Source: Phoronis australis
Lineage: Eukaryota; Animalia; Phoronida
Length of the DNA stretch: 64,000 bases
Assembly (NCBI GenBank): GCA_002633005.1
Contig: NMRA01000478.1
Span: 159,014 to 223,013 of the forward strand
Direction: 5' to 3'
The notes under the pieces were generated by a model that searched no databases, was not told the DNA's origin, and saw only the letters and a program-made list of their open reading frames with translations. A program made the position numbers and the translations under genes. Positions 50,605 to 63,651 of the stretch are shown here, piece after piece (the first letter of the stretch is position 1; every line of letters begins with the position of its first letter).

Positions 50605-52328
50605 TGTCAAGAAATTAGCCAAGAAATTAGCTGCTCCCGCCACGGTGACCGGTGTCGTGGCGTCGCCGGGAAGTCTGATCCATGCATGCTCAATTCGACA
50701 AACTAATGCTAGTCGCTGGTCAGCTCCGCTATGATTCATGCGCAATTCGACGAAGTAATGCTAGTCGCTGGTCAGCTCCGCTATGATTCATTTGAGACGT
50801 GCGGCTTAACTCGAACCTATACCCGTGTTCTGGGTCCAAGGTCGTTTTTTGACCCAGTTTCGGGAAAAGTTCATTTTAATACGGTCATTTCCTGAAGATT
50901 TTTTGAAAGGTATGATCCCGAAATCCTCGGCCTATAGAGCTGTATCAAAATTTCTTGTTGAAACACGTCCACTGGTCCAGCTTCTGCCGGGGGGCTGGGG
51001 AAAATGAACGCGTGTCCCAAAAATGCACACACTTCAACCCCTGCAGTTCAAGTTCTTTTCCCGTCAATCACTGTGCGCGGATTCTACGCGGGCAGCCTAC
51101 TGCAGGACTACACCTTTAAGGTGGGTGCGTCACTGAGTCACGACGTGTCCATCCTTTGCAGTATGCACGGGAATGGCAAGCAAACGATTCGGTTTAGAAG
51201 AACCTAAATTCATTCCACAATACTACTGGGGACTACAAGCATCAAAGAAGTGCAAAGACAATCTTTCCAACTTTATGAGCAATGACTCGAACTTCTTTTT
51301 CGATCTACGGTTTGTAAATTTTTGAATTTCATTAGTCTAGTTTTCAATTCAATAAAGCATTTAGAGCTGCCCGACATTCATTAATATCACTGTTATCGTT
51401 TAGTGTCCTTAGCGATATGGTGGTCTGATGATGGATCGAATTTTTGCAAGTCAGCCTTCAGCCTTCAACTAAGTTCAGTGACGCATCGCCATTTCTTACA
51501 AGACAGCTTCTGTGCTGTGCACGAATGTTTTGTGTTTTTGATGAATTTGGAATATCAACTTCCCCTCGTCAGTAGTTGGCAGTGTCATGTCGGAGGTGTA
51601 TAGAGGGCGCAGCACTGAAAAAAGTGAAGGCTAAAGCAACCTTAGCCCCCTGTAGTGCACCGCCTATGGACCACTGAAAAACTTGGACTGAATTAATACG
51701 CTCCACAAAACTTTTGCTTTACAAATTTTCTCGAACTTTCGAAATACATGTATGAATGATTAAATGCACATTTTCAAGGGCGCATAGACGACCTATGCTG
51801 CAAAAACGGAGACCCTAACAACAATTGTCCTGGCCAGGGCCCTCAAATGGTAAACCATACACTGATACCGAGTTGTGTTCTCTTGAATTTTCTCTCTGAT
51901 CAGTATTCGAAGTCTTTCTTTTGTGTCTTTCCCCAGCCCCACACCCTTGTCGGTTGCCATGGTTTGACCCTGAGGCATGCATTTTTTTGGGGTGGCACTC
52001 GCCCTCCCCCGCTTACTAAGGTCCTGATGCAAGGAGTCCATCGTTGGTCCAAGATCAATGTTGTGTTTCAACACGCACTCGTTGTGTAGCTTGAACATTA
52101 AATTAATAAACGTTTAAGAAATACAGGAGCAGTTTTGCGCATTTAATTGTGCGTGTAAAAGGGTTTATGGATTCGTACTGAATTTGTTGCTGCAACTTGT
52201 CTCATGGGCCTGTATCCGGCACGTGACCACAAATATGGACACTAATTCGGCTATTGCGCAAGTCGACTGTAGCAAGGTGGCCAGTGAAAATGTAAGGCAG
52301 TGACAACTCGCATTTCTAGTCCCTTATT

Positions 52329-52993
52329 ATGAAAACCATTGAAGACAATTACCAGCACCTGCAAACAAGAATTCTGAAGTATGGAGAATTTCAACAGGAG
52401 TTAGCTGTATACTTAGTCGCGAAGCTGCCGACATTACAGCCACGATTACTGCCGGTCCTTCGAAGCATTTATAGCACATATATACGAATTTTTAAGAATG
52501 GCAAGGGTGCGTTTTGTGTTGACGGAAATGTCCATGGCGTCGAAGAATTTGAGGCATTTAATGATGAACAACTGTTGTGGCTTAATTTGGAAAAACACCT
52601 AGCAAAACTAACTTCCAAGTGTGCATACTGTGGCGGAATTAAGAAATACGATTATGGCAGAGCCACAAAGTGTGCTAAAATGGCAGAAAATTAGGCATAA
52701 CATTTCTGTAGCAGATAAAAGGTTGATTGGCGCAGGAGAAGGCCGATGTCTTCAATGCTCAGAAAAATTTCGGCAGGCAAGGAACTTGCCAAGACAACGG
52801 CACAGTTGAGTCCGGGCATTCTAAAGGAAAGAACTGCAGCCAATTCCAATTATTCGGTGCAACTTCTCTCACCCGACGGTGTTGTTTCACGATACCGCAA
52901 CCTCAAACAACGTCTAAGAAACGAAACGCGGAGGGTGAGATATTACAGAGTATTAATATTTATTCTTGGATACAGATGTCCACCTCAAAATGA
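52329..52993 (+). pseudogene. Decayed ORF of unknown function in the composite element (second copy ~32250-33180 on -)
   Basis: MKTIEDNYQHLQTRIL..LLWLNLEKHLAKLTSKCAYCGGIKKYDY..KADVFNAQ..GHSKGK.C.QFQL.GATSLT is shared by both copies, each with different frameshifts. Confidence 0.55.
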
Positions 52994-54199
52994 ATTTCCC
53001 ACGGCCATTCTTTATGCCGATACTATGTTTTCGTCAACTGAAGAAGAACGGGGATCATAGAAATCCCGCGCGCTCCGTCTATGGTTCTGACACTTCAAAC
53101 TTTTGTCAGCACGATAGGTAGCCGCAGAAAGTTCGATGTTGACCTCATTCTATCTAATCTCTGCAATCCACTGTCAGGGGACGAAAACAATTCAGAGTCC
53201 GCTCCTCGAAATAGGGCTTGCTTAGCTGGAATTCAGAACTGCGGTCATGAGAGTGTTTTTACCTCCTGATTGCGAAGCGATCGAGTTAGCAGTGCTATCT
53301 TCATCAGCGCGTGCTCTCAGCGGAAGCTCACCGCTTTATTCACTCAAGCGCTCGACCAACAACTGACGATAGTCTCAGAACTCCCACGTGCAAATTTGAT
53401 ATGCAAATGAGGGAGTACTTGGCTACTGCGCCATCTATACATCGACGGAAAAGCTTAAATACCCGTGACTGCGTGTGGGAAGTTGCTATTGCCTGCGCTG
53501 AAGTCGATATTTTCAAAGTACAATTACACCACTGTTTCAGTTTTTGATATCCTTCTGTAGAAAAAGCTTTAATCTCTCTGATAAAACCATCTGTTTCCTT
53601 TTAAACGAAGTCCTGAAATTAGTCCGGGGAAGGAGGCCAAAAACTGCGGTTTTGCTAGTTGTCCCTTCCTGGTTATCTCTTCCTGGTGCTACCCATATCA
53701 CTGCCCAGTCAACCATGACGATTGTGTAAGGGCACGTACTGACTCTCGGTCACTGCAACTTAAGAAAGTTAATTGTGGAAAAAATTAGTTCATGGCTGCA
53801 TAGAACAAAAATGTTGTAAATAAGTCCCCATTTAGAGTTTTCAGAAAAAGATTATTCTTGAAACCGCATTTCACACACCGCCTCACTTAGTTTTGAAAAT
53901 TCGCAACATCTGTCGAAAGCGCTATGCTCATCTACGTGCTAAAAGACCTTTCTGTCTAAGCATGTGTAATAGTTTGTACTAGAACTACACTTACCTTATA
54001 TGGCACAATTAGTTAGAATGGTTTATTACATAACTCTTGCCAAACAGTTCTATGAAATGTGACTCATATGCACGTGGTCTTGTGTATTGCAAAAACATGT
54101 TATTGTACAGTAGTTAGTCAGTCCGCAATAAAGTAATGTTCAAGTAAAGACGTCTTCTTCACTCCTCTCTCCGCAAGACATTACAGACATATACTTAAT

Positions 54200-55352
54200 C
54201 AGCCGATTTCATGAAGGTGGTTTAACAAAACCAGGTTTAAGACTTGAACCTGGTCTTCCTAAACCTGGTATAATTTTAGACCTGACGTGCATTTCACCAA
54301 CATGGTTTAAGAGTCTGAAAGCCTGGTTTTGCTAGACCAGGGAGCTGGTTCAGTAAAACCAGCTTTAAAGTATCAAAGGCACCCCACTGTGTCGAGCTGG
54401 GTAAACCCAACAAAGAAACTATTGAAGTGCTTCAATGAAACCTTGATCACGTGGGTATACATGCAATGGCGTACACTAGTAGAATCTGAGTACAGACATT
54501 TATGAAAAAGGTCTAAAAGCTTTTCTCATCATTTCTGTGCCCAACACACATACATTAAAGAACACGCTTACGAGTAGATGTAACATGATAAATGCCCAAA
54601 TTTATTTCCTTGTCATTTTAGTGTTTATTTTTCACGGCTAGGGGGGGCAAGACCCCTTCCCGGCAACATTAAATCGGAGAACAGTGGAGGTGGAACTCAG
54701 ACAGAAGAATCAGAGGATGCTGCCTTAAGTCAAATCCGATGACGCCCTGCTCGACCAGTCGTATTCTGAGGAATCCGCTGGTCACACTCCAGCAAGTACT
54801 GGTCTACGCATAGGCGGATCCAGGGAGGTCAAGGGGTCCGGAGCCCCTCTTTTCCTTGATTTTAGTGATATCAAATCGATAATTAATTTTCAAATTGTTG
54901 ACTTGGTCCCCCCTTTCAAAAAGTCCTTGACCACCCCCCCCCCTTAAAAATCCTGGATCCTCCCCTGCTACGTTTGATCTTGATCGTAGTAAAACTGAAT
55001 ATTGTAAAAATAGTCCATTTTTGCTCTAAAACTGCGTCGCAAATGCACTCCGCGGCATCATTCAGTTGCACCTATACCATGCAAGTCTGACATATTTAAC
55101 AGTTAAACCTGGGTCTGACCAAGTCTAAAGTTAAACATGGTTTAAGATCTTAACACAGGTCTAAAGAATATAGACCTAGTTGGTGAAATGAAAACTGACT
55201 TAAACCAGGTCTAAATTGGAGTTAAACCAGGTTTTACTAGACCACTGGTGTAAAAGTTAAACCACCTTTATGAAATGCAGATTATCTTTAAACCTGGTCT
55301 AAGTCCAGTTTAAACCAGGTTTAACTTTAAACCACCTTTATGAAATCGGCTG
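54200..55352 (+). mobile_element. Harbinger-type MITE family H1, copy 2
   Basis: TIR CAGCCGATTTCAT(G/A)AAGGTGGTTTAA with 3-bp TSD AAT/AAT. Contains a hAT5-like MITE at 54809-54967 (TSD CTACG). Confidence 0.9.
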
Positions 55353-55382
55353 AATATGTTCAAGTAGATACCGTATTGGCAC

Positions 55383-55520
55383 CATGGGCGGCGCAGCACT
55401 GAGAAAAGTGGGGGGCTAAAGTCCCTCAGCCCCCTGTGGTGCACCGCCTATAGACCATGTGCGTCCTAGCACTGAAAAAGTGGGGCTATGCCCCCAGCCC
55501 CCTATGGTGCGCCGCCCATG
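55383..55520. mobile_element. 138-bp dimeric hAT MITE with 8-bp TSD
   Basis: TIR CATGGGCGGCGCA/TGCGCCGCCCATG; TSD ATTGGCAC at 55375-55382 and 55521-55528. Two agcactgaaaaagtgggg..agccccct units. Relatives at ~33510-33640 (-) and ~51598-51672. Confidence 0.9.
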
Positions 55521-55949
55521 ATTGGCACTTGGCAAATTCTAATTTCAAAGCGAAGGTTTTTACATAAACGTAAAAGCAGAAGAAAAACACTTTCACATAA
55601 GAAAAGTGATGTATTTTTGGTGCAAATGCTCTTATTAACTGTTAAAGTGTTGTCTGAAATAAATTCGTGTAATTCTGTTCAACTTTGCTCAGTCTATTCG
55701 TGTTTCATTGGCACTATGCCCCCGGTTCTAAAGGGACACGCTCGGAAAACGTGTTTTTGATTTTATCGTTGGATGTGGTGAACTTCTTGAAGTGTTTTTG
55801 TGATTGAAAGCAATCGCCTATTCTTACTTTCAATTGGCTGCAATCCATTGGCTGAAATGGAGGCCGGTAACTTTACCGGTCACATACGCTTAACATACTC
55901 TGTCATGTAGTGAATCGAGTTGGGTTTGATTTCACTGAGCAAAGTGTTA

Positions 55950-56210
55950 GATGGCTTGTTTGAGGGCTACCTGAAATCGCGGCCAATTTCTCAGTTGCTA
56001 CACAGCAATGCACAATTGCAACAGGGGGCCACCATCTTGAAGAAGGGTGCAGCTACAGCCGAGAAAGTGGCCTTTTTTCATTCTCAACATTTTCATAAAT
56101 ACAAACGAACCACATGCAGTGTCTACTGACAAAATGCCCCAAACTTGGCCTACCCCAAAATTTTAATATTTTGGGAGTGCAAATTGGCCGCCTAACTGTT
56201 CAGTACCACC
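55950..56210 (+). repeat. Dispersed repeat, partner of 12225-12520
   Basis: Inverted homology to 12225-12520. Confidence 0.85.
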
Positions 56211-59200
56211 AGAGTGTACCGGAAGTACCCTTTTTATGCGCATGTGGATACAGTACATTATGTCAAAGGCGCGAAATAGTGTACACAGAAAAGAGCGTAC
56301 CATTACATTTAGACTTTTGTTTCGGGATTTCTGACCTCTGTACTGTTTCTATTCCTGGAAATTGTGTAATTGGTCTGGATTTATGTTTCCGCATTTTATT
56401 TACCATTATGGATTTTTGTTTGTAAATGAGTAGTTATTACTGACATTTGAGCCCCTGTTGCAGTTTGGCTAGATTTGTTCACCTTTCTTTCTGCCTAGGT
56501 TGTAAACCCACATTCCGTCCAGGAGGTAGTTTTGATTTAGACCATTTACCTCTATAAACTTTTCTCAATTTGTTCCTAATCTAGATGGGAAGTGATTTCT
56601 GGAATTGCAGCAAATTGACAGTTTGCTGTTCCTTGAGACCAAGTTGTATGCATAAAATCACACATTATTAGACAAGCCATCTTATAGAGATGTCCACTTC
56701 AAATGATTTTTTGTTGCAGTACTGAAAGGTGTTTCCACATTAGCTCTGGTGACTCCTTAGTTTTTGTGAATTGATCATTTTATGGTTCCCTTGAGTAATT
56801 TCGTAACTGGTTTAGCATGTATGTACAACTGCAATCGCAAGGCAATTGTAATGCAAACCATGTTGCAAAAGTATTTTTTCCATGACCATTTTATTGCAAA
56901 AATGCTGTGTAATTGGAACCGACAAGCCAATTTTTCATTTTGTGGTGGTTATTTGTTGATAAGAACATTGATGTGGTACATAATTCTTCGAACAAACAGC
57001 CACCTCAAGTTTGTGAATAAGAAGAAATTTACAGTGTTGTCAACTACATTTCGAAATCCCTTTTTCACAGTGAGACTACATCACTTTAAGTGTAATTCCC
57101 TGACTCTATGTTTTTATGTGGTTGACTCTGTCCTGTATAAATTGTAGGGTCGAAAAAGTCTAGAAGGCATTTGTTTTTTTAGTCATAACATTTGCGCTTT
57201 TGACTGTACAGTTATCTGTTTATTGTATTATGAAAACATATTTTGTAGTATACTTGTCCCTAGTTGGTGTTTTTATATTTTTTCATAAGGAATATTTTCA
57301 ACTTAGATGAGTTGTCTGTGAGGTAGATAACTTTCAAATGAGACAAGGAATAAAATTGACAAACACTGTGTTATCTTTAGGTGTGTCATCTTCCAGTAAG
57401 TGATTACTTTTGAAAAACCGGTGCAGAATTTGATGTTAACTCTTCATTTAAAAGGGAATAAATCCATAAACCTGCATTTTCTAGAACTTTTACTCAAACT
57501 GCATATTTATGGTTGGCGATTGGAATTTTAATACAACGGAATCTGAACTCAAATCATGAGCAATACAACACAATACATGGATATAAAAATCTGGTGTTAG
57601 GTTCCACGGGAAGGATTCGTGTGCGCGGTGAGAGTTACTGAATGGGGTTATAAGTGTTTATGGATACTTTGGGATTCCTCTTCTGTGATTATCCACTGGA
57701 AACCTGATTGCATAGAGAACAATAGATTAGCATCTTCACTGTTCTCGTTGTTATAATAAAGATAATGACAAGCATTTATCGGTAACGATCTGATGTACGC
57801 CCAAGGATCTATATCCATGTGATCTGTGTTGTTATATCCAACAATGACACAACAACGGAAAACAATAGTAAGGCCGATGGGCAATGAATATACATGCGAC
57901 GACTTGCCATGGACAGTGGTGGAGTTTGTCTTGTCGTTCGAATGTTTTCAGAGAACTACAAACACGGTATTTCGTAAAGAAAACAAAAGACTTCTGCGGC
58001 CTTTTGTTTTAAGTGGTATAAAAATTGTTGTCATGCCACTAAACATATCATTCATTTTATATTACAATGCATTGCATAAACATTTAATCAACAGAAAATC
58101 TGATTTGAATTTGTGTGGAGAAATGCCCACAAGGAAATTACAAGGCATAACAACTATAAATCAAAATAACCTACATTTGCAGAGTTCATGTCTAGCCCTG
58201 TTCACTGGGGAGGACATAATCGATTTTTACAAAAATGGAGTCACGTATTGTATCTAGGTGTACTATAGTCCTAGGAGGTAAGTAATAAAACATTCAGGAG
58301 GAACCAACTCAGTACAAAATATCTAATAAAAATTAAAGACCATCTGATTTTACGTGCTGACGCAACGATCTCAGATATTTGAAACGTTCTCATTTTAGTA
58401 CAATTGAGGTGCCAATGAAAGTAACGTGTTTTGACAACATTTTGGCCAAGTTTCATTCTTATAGCAGTGAATAATAGTTCAATAGCTTTCATTCTAGGAA
58501 AATGTAAACAGTTAAATTTGGACAGTTTTACAGCGTGAAAACATGGCTGCGAAGCCGTAAAATGTGTTTGAGCCCATAACTTTGGTAGAACGTAATATTT
58601 TGGGGAAAATATTTTACCACTGCTTATAGATCCAATAGGACTACCTATGTATCAAATTTGGTGAAAATCGGCTGACCCCCACCTTGCCGCTGGATGGCTG
58701 GCGCTCTCGTGGACTAGTACTCATTCTTCCTATTAAAGACAAAGGATATTTGGTATAGATTTTAGGACACTTGTTCAATCCTAATATAAATGCCTCTCAA
58801 GATAGTATTAAAATGCACTTGTCAATTCATATAGACCAAATGGCATGGTGTGCTTTTTTCTGTAGTTTATGATGTCAAATCTGCGCAATGGATACCGGGT
58901 GTACTATTCCACAGGTACAGTATTTCCCGCAAGCAGCGGCAACTGAAGTGCTTGATTGGGTAGGTGTGATGTATGATAGAAAAGTTATGGGATAGGCTTT
59001 ACTGACAGTTTCAGTTTCATAAGATTTTTCGTCTTAGGCGTTGTTAATGTCAGGTTTGTAGATCGGACTTTACGTACTTTGTAACCCGAGGGTCTACGGA
59101 ACGCAATCCAGCTAGAAGTGATTGTCAAAAGTATCAAATTGTCGATAAATATTGCGAACTAAACGGATCACGCAAGCAGTCATTTTTCTAACAAAAGGCA

Positions 59201-60812
59201 CCAACATGTGTTATCGCTTGCTTTGGAAGGCAATGCTGCCGAAGGTTAAATATTTGGCTTTCGAAATTTAGGTCAAATTCAGGTGTTCCACCAAGATTCA
59301 CGTTGATACCGATTAGCCTTGGATAGAAACTTTGAACCTTTTCATAGATTACTAAACCATCGAGATCACCATTTTATAGCCCGAGGTAAAGTTTTGCTGT
59401 TACTGGGTAGGTCAGCGTCAAGACACGAGCGCTGAACTGGGGCGCGTAAGTAAAACTTCTAAACATTATTCGCTTTCTACTTTGATTGTTGCTCAATGTC
59501 ATCCCGTTGTGCAACACTGACAAAAGGACGTGTGATAGTGCAATTGTCAAACATGAATAGGTTTCTAAATTTCTTCCTTTTTTTCTTCGTATTTTTCGGC
59601 ACTACACCGGTAACTTGTATCCTGCAGTTTTTGCATTACTTAGTTATTTTCTGAGCATGTATACATTTATATTTTACATAGATATATACACCCTCCCTCG
59701 AGTCTCTTTGGTTGTTGGAGAGGTCACGTTTCCGTCACATGTGGCGCAAGATGTGTTTACACAGTTGGTTCCCAGCCTAATGAATTCGAATTCGAAATAA
59801 TTTAGGTGATATTTTCTGTTCTATTTAAAATGGAAACAAGAAATGTGTCTATTATTATTAATCTGAAATGGAGAGTGTTATAGTTTACGTGTGTGAGTAA
59901 CTAGTTCTACTTTGCCGTAGTTAAAGTTAGTCCACCAACGCTGCTCCGTTGGGCAATGTTGGTATTCCTCATGTCTAACTTTCCGGGAGCTGGCGATAAA
60001 GTTTGAGTGAAAATATGCTAAAAATCAGAACGCTCCACACAAGTTCATATGTCAATTTCAATAATAAACTTTGTCCTTGTTGATGTTTCTCAAGCCTTTA
60101 CTTTTGCAATTGTTAAATTTAACCGTATTACAAGTGAAATTTGTTTGCTCACATATTAATTTTCGTCTGTAAATAGTCACTTTTTATGGTGAAGGCCAAA
60201 ACTTTTTGGCACGGTGACCTGTAATATTCATATTTAAGAAAAATTGAAACGGGGTAATAATTGCAGTTTTGATGTTGCATTTTATATAACCTATTATTCC
60301 CAGGTAATTCTTTTCGTCCATATTGATTGGTAATTTATTTTTTAGTAGTCAAAAAGTAAAACCGCGTTTGAGCCTATCCATTTCAGGCTTATCGCCTGTA
60401 TGCCTGACAACCATACGCGATGTTTTGCCTAAGTTATGTTTTTGCACTCAATTTTTTAGATTCGTATAATTGTTGAAGTTAAGCGCATGTTCCTGTATGC
60501 TGGACATTTGAGTAGAAAAACCTGGCGAAACCTATTAGGCTACACACTTCTACTTCATATGATTCCAAGGTACACGGTACCCAGACTTCTCTGACCGCGT
60601 TCAAAATTCCTTTCACGGACACTATTCCTGTGTTACCGACGTATAGACCACTGTTCCACCTCACTTCTCGCCTGACAATTTTATGGTTTGAGCTTAAGCT
60701 TAATTTTTAATGCTAGCGTGTTCAGCAGCCTGCCAGCGGTTTTCCCCGCGCTTGTTGAATTTAATGTAATGAAGCACAAGGAAATGTGAAATAGTGTTTT
60801 ATTTTAAAGGTC

Positions 60813-60982
60813 GGGCCCGTTCCCAGAACCCTGACTTAGCTATGGCAGATGTAAGTCAAATTAAGATGTTTTAAGTCCGTTCCAAAAACATGATCGGATG
60901 AGGAAATTTCAAAGTTTGGAGGTTGAGACAAAGCTTAGACTTAGGTAAAAATGAACTCCAGTTGGTGTGTTGGAACGGGCCC
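60813..60982. mobile_element. Harbinger-type MITE
   Basis: TIR GGGCCCGTTCC/GGAACGGGCCC; TSD not resolved. Confidence 0.6.
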
Positions 60983-61053
60983 GGCATGGTCTGTTTGAGC
61001 TGGCAAGAAAGTTTAATTGAAAGAATAGTTTTATAACAATGAAATTAAACACT

Positions 61054-61333
61054 TTTACAGTAGGTGCTTGAAATGCTCCGTCAGAATTTAAGCACATCTC
61101 GATGCGCCTTTCCAAAGTGAACAGCGTGCCGCTCTATGAAATACATCCGTCGAGCGAGAAGGTGACACACTGCCGAAAAACCTAGTAAGCCGCATTGAAT
61201 AATGTTTTCGTAGCGCCTGCTACAGCATTTGCTCGCAATAGAATCATGCAGGTCTGAACAAATTTTCGACTCCCTAACATAAGAAGTAGAAATTAGCAAC
61301 AAATTTGGGGTCTGTTTCTGGAAAATCGCCCTG
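61054..61333 (-). mobile_element. Tc1/mariner-like remnant
   Basis: Minus strand ERRIEMCLNSDG then HFKHLL* after a frameshift, matching the mariner C-terminal RR...C....GGHFEHLL* motif. Terminus TA|CAGGGCGATTTTCC at 61333. Confidence 0.55.
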
Positions 61334-61589
61334 TAATAAATTTGTATCAGTCGCAGATTACTATACCCAAGACGGTGTCTTTTGATGTATGGAAATATAA
61401 CGCGCGATTTTGCTGGTCGCTCATATTAAAGTTTCCTGAGGGGTATGACCCAAAGTCGTAAAACTTAAATCCATGACAGGCTTTCTTTTTCAGAATACTC
61501 GTGCGTAACGCGGGTGTTCTTAGGGCCGCCCGTGTTAATAGTGGGTCTCCAACCAGCCGACATATACAAACTCCGCAACATGAATTTAA

Positions 61590-62854
61590 AAGAGAATGCC
61601 ACCCGATTTAATTAGTCTTTTTTGCCGTTCAATCGGTCCATATCCACATCGCCTCTCATACGGTCGACCTTTCATTGCCGAGAGGTGTCGCGTTAACCTG
61701 TGAGGAAGGAGAGAAACGACGCAGCGACGTCAGTGGTTCATTTGCTGAGTGAATGCCGCTATGTTGCGGTGCATCGTTCCCGTTTGTCCGAAATATGCAG
61801 CTGCGAGGAAAGCGGGTATATCGTTTTATCGACTTCCTCGAGAGATCAAAATGCTTAGGAAGTGGCTCGCGGTAGTCAAGAATGAAAAGTACGCTGTAAA
61901 TAGCAAGTATGAGGCCGTGAAACATCTCCGTGTCTGTGGCCTGCAGTCGTCGACAGTGCCTGACGAATGCCAGCTTGCCAAATAACTATCCATACATGTA
62001 CGTTCCGTTGTCTGAGGTTGTTCACGGCGCCTCTCTAGTATTTCTTCATCACTGAATTCCGGTTCGAACTGCCTGTGAAACTTAACTATCCACCAACGAA
62101 GTCATCGTCGGGATGAGCTCTCATGTAAGCCGGGATTTCGAGTTGCCATATTGACGTTTATTACTTAGCGTTCTGTTTCAAAATGAATTATTCTCACCCT
62201 AACCAATACTTATATAAAGCTGAAACAAAGTCTGGTTTCCAACTTTGGATGGTTTATGTTCGTGTTGTCTTCAGTCCGACCGCGACGGGCCTGTTTCCGA
62301 GCCACTCAGGGGCCGGGAAAACGAGTCAGTCCGGCCGCGACTGGTCTGATCGGTCTCCGAGCCTCTGGCCAGGATAACAAGCGTTTTGTGTGTTGCTAAC
62401 TCAAAAAATCACAAGTCAAAACAACACAGATCTAGGTTTTCTTGTCTGTATCACACGGGAAAATACTCCGAATTTATCTCCGAACGGACCCGTGGCTCCT
62501 GCTACGGACCTGCCGAACATGGTAGGCTACGGTGTGTCTATACCAATAATTCCGTAATCAGCGAAATAAAAAAACACGCTTTTATAAGAACTCGGTGTAT
62601 TTTTAAGGGTTTTACATCGAAGTTTGATGATTTATTGGTGTTAAACGATGAATTCAAGCGATAAGCTGACACCAGTAACCCGTGTTGTAAACTGCTGAAC
62701 AGACTGCGTGTGAAATCAATTACGTCATTGGATAATTTCAATACCTCCGTCTGCCGTCAGGTGTCAGGTAACGCAATCGTACGTGTAGTTATCGAGTATA
62801 ACTACTCGATCTAAATTGATACTAATTACGTTGTTTTTTGGGTGGCATGGTCCT
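61590..62854 (+). mobile_element. Non-autonomous Kolobok-like element, family B, copy 3 (both ends present)
   Basis: TTAA|AAGAGAATGCCACCC ... GGGTGGCATGGTCCT|TTAA. THAP ORF 61761-61985 MLRCIVPVCPKY..FYRLP..KWL..LRVCGL. Confidence 0.85.
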
Positions 62855-63023
62855 TTAACGGTATAGACAAATACACGTTTGAATCTGGCGACTATCACGT
62901 ACATGTAGATATCAGTTTTAAAACAAAACGCTTATTCATTCTGTAACTAAGATGCGCACCTTTTTGGCAAAACTTTCAACTTTTTTAAAAAGCAACAACA
63001 TTTTTCCTACACATTTTACATTA

Positions 63024-63141
63024 TTGTGACTATTTGGGACATTGTGACAATTTGGCCCTGTACTATAATGCAGGCCCAAATTGACACGCAATAGTTTGGG
63101 AAAATTGTGACAATTTGGGACGGTGTGACAATTTGGGCCTG
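63024..63141. repeat. Short GTGACAATTTGGG repeats with an inverted pair (transposon-end-like)
   Basis: Four direct units at 18-bp spacing in pairs; caggcccaaattg (63071) is inverted to caatttgggcctg (63129-63141). Confidence 0.7.
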
Positions 63142-63651
63142 CACAAACCCCCTTAGGGATACATTTTGCGAGTTTGTACGAAATGCGATGTTTTATCACA
63201 TATTATAGACAACAGATTTGCAACTCCGACATTTTTTTCCGTACTATCCAAGAGACCTCGCCACTCTACTCAACTATTTGGTTCATTTTCCGGTTAATGT
63301 ATTGTAACGGGAAATTCTCGCATGTATATTGTTTTCCAGTACAACGAAAGCAAAATAATGCTTGCGGCATTGAAACGCTGTTCAAAATCTTAAAATGGTG
63401 GAACTCTTAGTATCGTGAGTACTTTTGGCAATGCTACTACCAACCGACCACACAACAGCTGACAAAAATTAGCAGACGAGGTACCTGCCGGAAACAATAC
63501 CAGATAATTAGGCCAGGTGTCGTTAGTGGATATTGACGTAACGATGTGCGAATGAGCACAGATTTCGTCCATTGCAGAGTTGCAGAGTTGGCGGTCCACG
63601 CACTACAGTCTATGGTTTTATGTAGTAACTATGTGCTATGTACCTTTTCAG

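Larger units (their letters stand above)
47985..53357 (+). mobile_element. Unclassified composite element, copy B (inverted relative to copy A; interrupted by RTE-X)
   Basis: Collinear inverted homology to 31755-39900. ttgtcccttcctggttatctcttcctgg at ~53660 is inverted to ~47990-48017, a possible subterminal inverted repeat. True ends not resolved. Confidence 0.8.

Noticed and set aside
58266-58716. Academ-like MITE TAGTCC...GGACTA
   Set aside because: Only 6 bp of TIR and no TSD.
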